A stretch of 64,000 bases of DNA from Candidatus Latescibacterota bacterium. Its GTDB lineage: Bacteria > Latescibacterota > UBA2968 > UBA8231. Shown here one piece after another: positions 29,879 through 37,727 of this stretch. A program made the translations under genes and the position numbers. How positions within the stretch are numbered: the stretch's first letter is position 1; every line of letters begins with the position of its first letter. A model generated the notes under the pieces. That model saw nothing but the letters and a program-made list of their open reading frames with translations. It was not told the origin of the DNA and did no database searches. The stretch covers positions 5,856,001 through 5,920,000 of the forward strand of contig OZ242214.1 in NCBI GenBank assembly GCA_965206595.1. Reading direction: 5' to 3'.

Positions 29879-31231
29879 GTGAGCACCACGGATTCCGACA
29901 GCCTGTTCCACCGCGACCTCAACCAGGAGTACCCGGTCATGGTCCGCGGCGAGGGGATCTACCTCGTCGACGAGGAGGGCCGGCGCTACATGGACGGCAC
30001 CTCCGGGGCCGGAAACGTCATCCTCGGCCACGGCAACAAGCGCATCGCCGCGGCCATGGCGGAGCAGGCCGGGACTCTGGCGTACTGTTTCTCGGCTTTC
30101 CACACCAACCGGCCGGCGCGCGAGCTGTCGCAGCGGATCGCCGCTCTGGCCCCGGGGGACCTCGACTGCGTCTACTTCGTCAGCGGCGGCTCGGAGGGGA
30201 TCGAGACGGCGCTCAAGATCGCCCGCCAGTACCACCTGCAGCAGGGGAACAAGCAGAAGTACCGGGTGATCGCCCGCTGGCGCGGCTATCACGGAGCCAC
30301 CCTCGGGGCGCTGTCGGCCACCGGCATGCCGGCGCTGCGGGAGCCGTTCTCCCCGTGGCTGCTGCCGTTCCACCACATCGCCCCCTGCTATCCCTACCGC
30401 TGTTCCTTCGCCGGCTGCGACAGCCGCTGCAACTACAGCTGCGCCGGCGAGCTCGAGAAGGCCATCCTCCAGCTCGGGCCCGACAACGTCGCCGCCTTCG
30501 TCGGCGAGCCGGTGGTCCAGGGGGGCATCGCCGCCGGCGTCCCCCCGGAGGAGTACTACGGCATCGTGCGCGAGACCTGCGACAAGTACGGCGTGCTCTT
30601 CATCGCCGACGAGATCATCACCGGCTTCGGCCGCACCGGGAAGCCGTTCGCCATCGAGCACTGGGACGTGGTGCCGGACATGATCGTCTTCGGCAAGGCG
30701 GCGAGCGCCGGGTACTGCCCGTTGAGCGGGGTGATCATGCGCGGGAAGATCCGCGACAGCTTCCGCGGCAGCGGCGACAGCTTCGCCCACGTCTTCACCT
30801 ACGTCGACAACCCGGTCGCCATGCGCGTCGGCCTGACGGTGCAGGACATTCTGGAAGAGGAGCAGGTGATCGCCAATGCCGCGGCGACCGGCGCCTACCT
30901 GCACGAGCAGGCGCGGCAGCGGCTCGAGCGCCACCCCATTGTCGGGGAAATCCGCGGCAAGGGGATGCTGCTGGGGATCGAGCTGGTCAGGGACCGCGGC
31001 ACCCGCGAGCCGTTCCCGGCCTCGGATGGGGTTCACAAGCGGATTGTCAGGCTGATGTTCGAGCGCGGACTGTCGGCGTCCGGTACGGGTGGCGCCGCCG
31101 ACTGGAAGAACGGCGACGACATGCGCTTCTACCCGCCGCTGATCACCACCCCTGCCCAGATCGACGAGGCCCTGGGGATCATCGACGAGGCGCTCGGCCA
31201 GCTCGAGGGAGAGCTCGGTGTCGCAGGCTGA
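29879..31231 (+). CDS. Class III PLP-dependent aminotransferase
   Basis: SGGSEG, YHG, EPV, ADEIITGFGRTG, FGK. Confidence 0.93.
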   Translation: MSTTDSDSLFHRDLNQEYPVMVRGEGIYLVDEEGRRYMDGTSGAGNVILGHGNKRIAAAMAEQAGTLAYCFSAFHTNRPARELSQRIAALAPGDLDCVYFVSGGSEGIETALKIARQYHLQQGNKQKYRVIARWRGYHGATLGALSATGMPALREPFSPWLLPFHHIAPCYPYRCSFAGCDSRCNYSCAGELEKAILQLGPDNVAAFVGEPVVQGGIAAGVPPEEYYGIVRETCDKYGVLFIADEIITGFGRTGKPFAIEHWDVVPDMIVFGKAASAGYCPLSGVIMRGKIRDSFRGSGDSFAHVFTYVDNPVAMRVGLTVQDILEEEQVIANAAATGAYLHEQARQRLERHPIVGEIRGKGMLLGIELVRDRGTREPFPASDGVHKRIVRLMFERGLSASGTGGAADWKNGDDMRFYPPLITTPAQIDEALGIIDEALGQLEGELGVAG

Positions 31232-31532
31232 AACCGCGGGGGCGCGGCGGCTCGGGAAGCTGCGGGAGAGCGAGTACGAGGCCGGACGGTCGTACGGCGA
31301 TTTCCTCGCGGAGCTGTTCGGGTATCTGGTGGTCGACCCGAAGAAGTTCCGGCGTGCCGCGAAGAAAGTGGCCCCGCTGTTGACCGAGGAAGAGCTTCGC
31401 GGTCTCGTGCGGATCGGGCGCGACCTGCCGGCGACGCCGGGGGATTTCGAGGACCGCCTCGAAGAGGTATGCGCCGGCAGGTCGGCCGAGGAGCGCCGCG
31501 AGCTGATGCGGTTGTGGCTCCGCTACCTGTAG
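31218..31532 (+). CDS. Small hypothetical protein
   Basis: Overlaps the upstream gene end; host-like codon usage; no motif recognised. Confidence 0.5.
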   Translation: MSQAETAGARRLGKLRESEYEAGRSYGDFLAELFGYLVVDPKKFRRAAKKVAPLLTEEELRGLVRIGRDLPATPGDFEDRLEEVCAGRSAEERRELMRLWLRYL

Positions 31533-31610
31533 CAGGTTGTTCCGGTTTTTCCTGAACCGCCTGGGCCGGCTTGGGGAATCGGCTGAAGGCCGGGTGCGGG
31601 GTAGGGCTTG

Positions 31611-31916
31611 CTATCCCGTTTCCAGATGGGGCCGCACCTCCCGATCCAGACGGTCGGACAGTTCGTCCTCTGCTACATCGAGCTCATAGTCCATCTGAAT
31701 CCCCATCCAGAACTGGGACGACATGTTGAAGTAGCGTGCCAGTCGCAGGGCGGTATCGGCAGAAATGCCTCGTTTCCCCAGGACGATCTCGTTGATTCGC
31801 CGGGGAGGCACGCCGATGGCGAGCGCCAGGCGGTTTTGGCTGAGGTTCATCGGCTTGAGGAACTCTTCCAGCAAAATTTCTCCGGGATGAACGGGAGCCA
31901 ACTTCCGAGCAGGCAT
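31611..31916 (-). CDS. higA: HigA antitoxin (XRE HTH)
   Basis: PVHPGEILLEEFL, RINEIVLGKRGISADTALRL, FWMG.Q..YEL. Confidence 0.95.
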   Translation of the reverse strand: MPARKLAPVHPGEILLEEFLKPMNLSQNRLALAIGVPPRRINEIVLGKRGISADTALRLARYFNMSSQFWMGIQMDYELDVAEDELSDRLDREVRPHLETG

Positions 31917-31926
31917 TTCCTTCTCC

Positions 31927-32208
31927 TCAGTGGTAGTCCACGATCTCAACGTTGTAGGCATCGCCATTTCGCCACGTGAAACAGATGCGCCACTGGTCGT
32001 TGATTCGAATACTGTACTGGCCCGCCCGATTTCCGCGCAGTTTCTCAAGGCGATTAGCTGGTGGCACGCGAAGATCGGACAGGGTGGTTGAGCGATTGAG
32101 CATGCGAAGCTTGCGCAGGGCGGGCCGTTGAATATCTGCAGGCAGCTTTCCGGATCGGGTTCGTTGGAATATCCGTTCGGTCTCTCGATCTCTAAAGGAC
32201 CGTATCAT
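31927..32208 (-). CDS. higB: HigB toxin (RelE superfamily)
   Basis: MIRSFRD, PPANRLEKL.G, SIRINDQWRICF, EIVDYH. Confidence 0.95.
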   Translation of the reverse strand: MIRSFRDRETERIFQRTRSGKLPADIQRPALRKLRMLNRSTTLSDLRVPPANRLEKLRGNRAGQYSIRINDQWRICFTWRNGDAYNVEIVDYH

Positions 32209-32216
32209 GTGGATAA

Positions 32217-32242
32217 AGTATAACTCTTAGCGTTAAACGCAA
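32217..32242 (-). promoter_or_regulatory. higBA promoter/operator
   Basis: TATACT -10-like hexamer 8 nt before the higB ATG; palindrome TAAC-N7-GTTA (32221-32235) overlaps it. Confidence 0.6.
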
Positions 32243-32312
32243 AAGGTGGTATCCTGAAAAAGCGGATTGGACTGGTGGAGGCATACGGACTTATTCGCGG
32301 AATTTCCCGCGC

Positions 32313-32340
32313 TCAGGACGTGATCAGGACGTGATCAGGA
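32313..32340. repeat. 11-bp tandem repeat TCAGGACGTGA (2.5 copies)
   Basis: Duplicates the stop-codon region of the CoxIII-like gene. Confidence 0.85.
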
Positions 32341-32968
32341 AGGTCGCGAACATCGCGACCCAGACCGCTTCGAGAAAATGCCAGTAGGCGGCGCAGCCGC
32401 GCACGCTGGGCAGGTGCTCCAGCCCGAGGCGCCCGTACGTGGCGCGCCAGGCGAGAGCGCCCAGCGGCACCAGGCCGCCGACCACGTGGGCGGCGTGGAT
32501 GGCGATCAGGCAGAAGGTCACCCCCTCCATGCCGAGATGCGGAGTGCGCAGGGAGAGCTCGTGCTCGTGGAAGAGGCGCAGGATCGCGTGCGACTGCACC
32601 GCGACGAAGGCGATGCTGGCCAGGAAGGTGACCTTCACCCAGCGCCGCACCTCGTCGACAAGGCCCCGGCGCGCGTTCCAGGCCGCCCTCTCGACAGCCA
32701 TTCCCGCGAGCAGCAGCAGCGCGGTCGACAGCCACATCGCCAGCGGCGGCGGCTTGCTGACCGGCGGGTACTCGGGGGGCCGCGACAGGTCGGTCAGGAT
32801 GAACACCAGCAGCGAGGCGGCGAAGAAGAGGCCGAGCGATACCAGGAACAGGCGCAGCCCCATGCGCCGGAGCGAGCCGGCGTCCGGAAGGGGGGCCCTG
32901 GGCGTTCGCGGCGCGGGGTCACCGGGCAGTGGTTCGTCTTCGGGAGGTTGTTCCGGGGGAGGTGCCAA
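32324..32968 (-). CDS. Cytochrome c oxidase subunit III-like protein (orphan; start uncertain)
   Basis: Hydrophobic helices with HAAHVVGG and YWHFL...W motifs. Confidence 0.75.
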   Translation of the reverse strand: MAPPPEQPPEDEPLPGDPAPRTPRAPLPDAGSLRRMGLRLFLVSLGLFFAASLLVFILTDLSRPPEYPPVSKPPPLAMWLSTALLLLAGMAVERAAWNARRGLVDEVRRWVKVTFLASIAFVAVQSHAILRLFHEHELSLRTPHLGMEGVTFCLIAIHAAHVVGGLVPLGALAWRATYGRLGLEHLPSVRGCAAYWHFLEAVWVAMFATFLITS

Positions 32969-33049
32969 GGGGGCCTTCGCAGGTGCGGTCCGGTAGCGCC
33001 TATCCGGTATATTTAAGGAAAAACCTCGGCAGGCGGACCGGTTTTGTTG

Positions 33050-33076
33050 AGAACTTCTAAGGAGTTGGGGATATGA
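33050..33076 (+). repeat. Orphan remnant of hsdM2 3' end
   Basis: AGAACTTC(T)AAGGAGTTGGGGATATGA versus AGAACTTCGAGGAGCTGGGGGTATGA (39818-39843): 23/26 with one gap. Confidence 0.7.
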
Positions 33077-33080
33077 GCCG

Positions 33081-33806
33081 ATGAACTCGGACCGGAAGAT
33101 CATCATCATCGCCGGACCCAACGGCGCCGGAAAAACGACCTTCGCACGGGAGCATTTACCTCGCGAGGCCGAATGTCCCACCTTCGTCAACGCGGATTTG
33201 ATCGCAACGGGCCTGTCCCCTTTTCAGCCGGAGGTCGCCTTTTTTCGGGCCGCCCGGTTGATGTTGGAGGAAATCGGCAACCATGTGCAGCAGCGTAGAA
33301 GTTTTGCCTTTGAAACCACCTTGTCCGGTCTTGGCTATGCCAGAATGATCCCGCGCTGGCGCGGTGACGGTTATACGGTGAAGCTGATATTTCTGGCGCT
33401 GGCAACGCCGGAAGAAGCGATCAAGCGGGTTGAATTGCGCGTCAGGCAAGGCGGCCACAATGTCCCGCCGGACGTCATTCGCCGGCGCTTTGCGACCGGT
33501 TTCAAGAACTTTAAGAATAGGCACCGCCATATCGTCAATTATTGGCAGTGGTTCGACAACAGTGGCCTTATTCCCACATTGATTGATAAGGGAGAAAACC
33601 CGGTGACTGAACGAACCCGAGAAGTCCCTGTCTCGCAACATGGCGACAAGGAAACGCAGGATGTCCTTAACGCGCTACATCGTGCCGCCAGACGCGCACA
33701 TAGGATCGCACACCAGCACCAGACCGGGGTGGTCGTTATGCGAGATGGCAAGGTCGTTGAAATTGAGCCGGATCCCGAGATGTACTGCGAGCATCGGGAG
33801 AAATAG
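33081..33806 (+). CDS. Zeta-toxin-like P-loop ATPase/kinase with fused small C-terminal module
   Basis: IAGPNGAGKTT, FVNAD, FETTLS, RVRQGGHNVP...IRRR, FDNS. Confidence 0.88.
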   Translation: MNSDRKIIIIAGPNGAGKTTFAREHLPREAECPTFVNADLIATGLSPFQPEVAFFRAARLMLEEIGNHVQQRRSFAFETTLSGLGYARMIPRWRGDGYTVKLIFLALATPEEAIKRVELRVRQGGHNVPPDVIRRRFATGFKNFKNRHRHIVNYWQWFDNSGLIPTLIDKGENPVTERTREVPVSQHGDKETQDVLNALHRAARRAHRIAHQHQTGVVVMRDGKVVEIEPDPEMYCEHREK

Positions 33807-33935
33807 TGCAACAGGGCGTTGAACAATTGAAATAGGCGCCTCCATACCTGTTCACCCCGGAGATACTGTCCTTGGTGGAGCGGATCGGCGAGGGAATCGG
33901 GCGGGCACTATGCTTCCGGGGTCGCGCAGGACCTG
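33806..33935 (+). pseudogene. Fic gene 5' remnant (copy 1)
   Basis: Highly similar to 35341-35469; in-frame TAG at codon 10; truncated. Confidence 0.85.
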
Positions 33936-33977
33936 TGGACCTGCTTCTCCTTTGCCTGACGAGTGGCAAATGACGAT

Positions 33978-35113
33978 ATGAACCCCCCATCCTTCTCCGA
34001 CCTCCTCGCCTGTGGCCATTTCGACAAGCAGCCCTGTGAGCATTTTTCCATGGAGAACGACCTTGATGACGGGACCTGGGCGCGGTTCAGCGGACGCGCC
34101 AAGATCCCGGAGGCGATGGATAGGGTAGAGTGGCCCTCCGAAACCTCGGCCTGATCGACGCGCAAGACCGCATGACCCACGCCGGGGCATGGCTTGTTGC
34201 ACGAGACATTCGGACGTTCACGACCAGTGCCCACGTGTCCTGTGCCCTGTTCATGGGCACCGAGAAGGTCAGGATTCTCGACCGGCGGAACTTCCACAGC
34301 GACATCCCGGCGATGATTGACGAGGTAGTGGCCTGGATTCTCACCAAAATCAATGTCGAATTCATCATCAGGCACGTGAGGCGGGAGGAACGGCCGGAAT
34401 TGCCCGAAGAAGCCCTTCGGGAAGCGGTGGTGAATGCCGTTGCACACCGCGACTACCGCTCGACCGCAAACGTCCGGATTTACGTCTTCAAGGATCGGAT
34501 CGAAATCGTCAGTCCAGGCGGGTTGCCCGAAGGGATGGGGGAAGCGGATCTGGGCACCAAGAGCGTCCCCCGCAATCCGCTGCTGTTCGGCATGTTGTAC
34601 CGAATGGATGTGGTGGAGCAGATCGGTTCCGGCATTCGGCGCATTCGGGAGCAATGTCGAGAGCACGGGGTGGCGGAGCCGGTGATCGAGGTGTCCGAGC
34701 ACTGGGTTACCACAACCTTCAGGCGCCCGGTCGCAGACGTCGGGAGCAAGTCGGGGGCAAGTGGGGACCAGGTCGACAACGCCATATCTGACAATACGTT
34801 ACAATATTCGGGGAACCCTCCCGGGGATTCGACCTTACAAGTGGAGGACCAGATCGGAACCAAGCAAGCACTAAGTAGGCACCAAGTTGGAATTCTCCGT
34901 AACTCCTTGAACGAGCAGGCAATTACGGAGTTGATGGTACTGGCGGGGAAAAAAGATCGCACCAAGTTCAGGAACCAAGTGCTCAGGCCCCTGCTGGAGG
35001 AGGGGTTGCTGGAGATGACCGTCCCCGACAAGCCCCGAAGCAGCAAGCAGAAGTACCGGGTGACGGCACGGGGCAGGGACCTGTTGGCGGAGTTGGACAG
35101 AAAGCCGGATTGA
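33978..35113 (+). pseudogene. AlbA_2/HATPase_c_4/wHTH paralog with AlbA domain deleted and a frameshift near 34128
   Basis: MNPPSFSDLLACG joins directly to HFDKQPC...WARF. ORF 34130..35113 closely parallels the C-terminal two-thirds of 36239..37705. Confidence 0.85.
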
Positions 35114-35126
35114 CCCATTCCTGCAC

Positions 35127-35175
35127 GGTGCCGGCGAAGAGGATCAGGATGAAGTTCCAGGAGCTGGGGCTATGA
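35127..35175 (+). repeat. Orphan copy of hsdM2 3' end
   Basis: 41/49 nt identical to 39795-39843, ungapped; VPAKRIRMKFQELGL* versus VLAEKIRKNFEELGV*. Confidence 0.9.
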
Positions 35176-35179
35176 GGCG

Positions 35180-35341
35180 ATGCACCCGGACCGGAATACC
35201 ATCACCATCGCCGGACGACCTTTGCATGGGAGCATTACCCCGCGGAGCCGAATGTCACACTTGGTTGTGGTTATGGAAAAAGGCAAGGTCGTAGAAATCG
35301 AGCCGGATCCCGAGATGTACGGCGAGCATCCGGAGAAATAG
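35180..35341 (+). pseudogene. Zeta-like ATPase remnant (5' and 3' ends only)
   Basis: 35180-35262 matches the start of 33081 with the P-loop deleted; 35263-35341 matches 33728-33806. Confidence 0.88.
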
Positions 35342-36116
35342 TGCAACAGGTTGCAGCACAATTGAACGAGGCGCCCCCATACCGGATCACCCCCGAGATC
35401 CTGTCCCTGGTGGAGCGGATCGGCGAGGGCATCGGGTGGGCGGAGGCTTCCGGCGTCGCGCAGGATCTGCGGCTGCGGCGTATCAACCGCATCCGCACGA
35501 TACAGGGATCGCTGGCGATCGAGGGGAACACCCTGACCGAGGGACAGATATCAACGCTGCTGGATGGCAAACCGGTTGCCGGACCCCTGCGGGAAATCCG
35601 GGAAGCTCGCAACGCCATCAAGGCGTGCGACGTGTACGAGGCGTGGGATCCGGCAAACGAGGCCGACCTCCTTGAGGCGCACCGCATCCTGATGGCCGGC
35701 CTGCTGGACAGGCCGGGGAGTTACCGCCGCGGCGGGGTTATGGTCGGAGGACCTGGAGGGGTCCATCACGTCGGCCCGCCGCCGGCGCGGGTGCCGGAGC
35801 AGATGGGGAGGCTGCTGGAGTGGGTGGGAAGTGCCGGAGAGCATCCGCTGATTTCCAGTTCGGTCTTTCTCATTACGAGTTCGAGTTCATCCATCCCTTC
35901 GAGGACGGCAACGGCCGCATGGGTCGGCTATGGCAGACGCTGATCCTGACGCGCTGGCGGGACCTGTTCGCTCATCTTCCGGTGGAGAGCCTCGTTCACG
36001 CCCGTCAGAGCGCTTACTATGCCGCCATCCGCGAGAGCTCGGCCGCGGGGGAGAGCACGCCCTTCATCGTATTCATGCTGGAAATCATCCGGCTTGCCGT
36101 TACGGAGCAGACCTGA
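35341..36116 (+). pseudogene. Fic family protein, frameshifted near 35868
   Basis: SLAIEGNTL in ORF 35341; catalytic HPFEDGNGRMGR in the second frame (ORF 35820..36116). An extra 2 nt in GTCTTTCTCATTAC. Confidence 0.88.
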
Positions 36117-36146
36117 GCGGGGATGTGAACTTTGCCGGGAGCTCTG

Positions 36147-36229
36147 CTGGAGATTACCGTCCCGGACAGCAGCTGAAGTACCGAGTGACGGCAAGAGACA
36201 GGGACCTGTTGGCGGCGTTGGACAGATGA
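36147..36229 (+). pseudogene. Remnant of the Fic-like C-terminal wHTH coding segment
   Basis: Matches 35009-35101 (LE.TVPD...KYRVTAR.RDLLA.LDR) with an internal deletion. Confidence 0.75.
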
Positions 36230-36238
36230 GTACCCGTT

Positions 36239-37705
36239 ATGAATGAAACCCTCCTCAGCCTGATCACCCTCGGCGAAGGCTTCACAACGGAGTTCAAGCG
36301 CTCTTTCCCCTCCGACCTGGGCACCGAAATCTGCGCCTTCGCGAATTCCACGGGCGGCGTAATTCTGCTCGGCGTGACGAACGAAGGGGAGACCGTAGGC
36401 ATTGGGAACCACAACAAGCTGAAATCGCAGGTCCAGTCTACCGCGCGTTCGGCGGAGCCACCGATTGCGGTCGAAGTGGAATCCGCCGGCGACGTGCTCT
36501 GCGTGACCGTGCCCGAACAGCACGGGAAGCCCTATTCCTTCGGCGGAAGGTTCTACATCCGCGAAGGGGCCAATTCTCAGCAGATGTCCCGCGACGAAAT
36601 CCGGGAGTTCTTCTACAAGGAAGGACTCATTCGCTTCGACGAGACGCCTTGCCAGCGCTTCGATCTCCAACGCGATCTGACGCCGGAAGCGTGGTCTCGA
36701 TTCGCCGGGCGGGCTCGAATTCCTGACGGCATGGAGCCGCTGACGGCGCTGGAAAACCTGCATCTTGTCGTTGATGGAAAGATGACCCACGCCGGAGCGT
36801 GGCTGCTGGCGGACGATATCACCCGGTACAGCTTGCAGGCAGGGGTGACCTGCGCCCTGCTGCGGGGGGTGACCAAGACGCACATTCTCGATCTCAAGAA
36901 CTTCACCGGCGATCTCTACTCGATCTACGAGGATTGTGTGGCCTACGCACAGGCCAAACTGAACACGGCGCTGATGCCGCACGTTCGCGGCAGGGATGAG
37001 CGTCTGGAGCTGCCCGAGGACGCGATTCGCGAAGTATTGGTGAACGCCATCGCGCACCGGGACTATCGATCTACCGCCAACGTGCAGATGTACGTGTTCC
37101 ACGACCGGTTGGAAATCGTGACGCCGGGCGGGTTGCCCGCAGGAATGCGCGAAGAGGATCTGGGCGTCAAGAGCGTGCCGCGGAACCGGTTGCTGTTCGG
37201 GATGTTTCACCGCATGGGGATGGTGGAGCAGATCGGCAGCGGAATCAGGCGCATTCGACAGGAGTGCCGCGACTACGGGGTGGCGGAACCGGTGATCGAG
37301 GTATCCGAGCACTGGGTGACCATGACCTTTCAAAGGCCGTCCGCACAAATCGGTGAGCAAGTCACGGCGCATGTCAGGGACCGAGTCCATGCAGGGCCAG
37401 AGTCAGGGCCAGAGTCAGGGCCAGAGTCAGGGCCAGAGTCAGGGCCAGAGTCAGGGCCAGAGTCAGGGCCAGAGTCACTGGAACTGCGCGTCCTGGCGCT
37501 GCTGATCGAAGAACCTCTTTCGAGATCCGCCATAGCTGATGGTTTGGGACACCAATCCGTGTCGGCCGGCCTCAACAGAGTGATCCGCAACCTGGTGCGT
37601 GACAGGCGTATTGCGTACACGGTCCCGGACAAGCCGGGCAGCAGGCTTCAGAAGTACCGGATTACGCCAGCCGGGAGATCGGCGCTCGAAGAGCCAGCCA
37701 AGTGA
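36239..37705 (+). CDS. AlbA_2 (Schlafen-like) plus HATPase_c_4 plus wHTH protein, intact
   Basis: GEGFTTEFKR, CAFANSTGG.ILLGV, REVLVNAIAHRDY, PRN, EQIGSGI, YTVPDKPGSRLQKYRIT. Confidence 0.9.
   Translation: MNETLLSLITLGEGFTTEFKRSFPSDLGTEICAFANSTGGVILLGVTNEGETVGIGNHNKLKSQVQSTARSAEPPIAVEVESAGDVLCVTVPEQHGKPYSFGGRFYIREGANSQQMSRDEIREFFYKEGLIRFDETPCQRFDLQRDLTPEAWSRFAGRARIPDGMEPLTALENLHLVVDGKMTHAGAWLLADDITRYSLQAGVTCALLRGVTKTHILDLKNFTGDLYSIYEDCVAYAQAKLNTALMPHVRGRDERLELPEDAIREVLVNAIAHRDYRSTANVQMYVFHDRLEIVTPGGLPAGMREEDLGVKSVPRNRLLFGMFHRMGMVEQIGSGIRRIRQECRDYGVAEPVIEVSEHWVTMTFQRPSAQIGEQVTAHVRDRVHAGPESGPESGPESGPESGPESGPESGPESLELRVLALLIEEPLSRSAIADGLGHQSVSAGLNRVIRNLVRDRRIAYTVPDKPGSRLQKYRITPAGRSALEEPAK
37394..37477 (+). 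repeat. Perfect 12-bp tandem repeat GGGCCAGAGTCA x7 (GPES x7)
   Basis: Counted directly in the sequence. Confidence 0.97.
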
Positions 37706-37727
37706 GCCTCTCCCCCTGACAACACTC

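Noticed and set aside
37394-37477. Possible CRISPR array
   Set aside because: 12-bp units without spacers, in frame within a gene; no cas genes.
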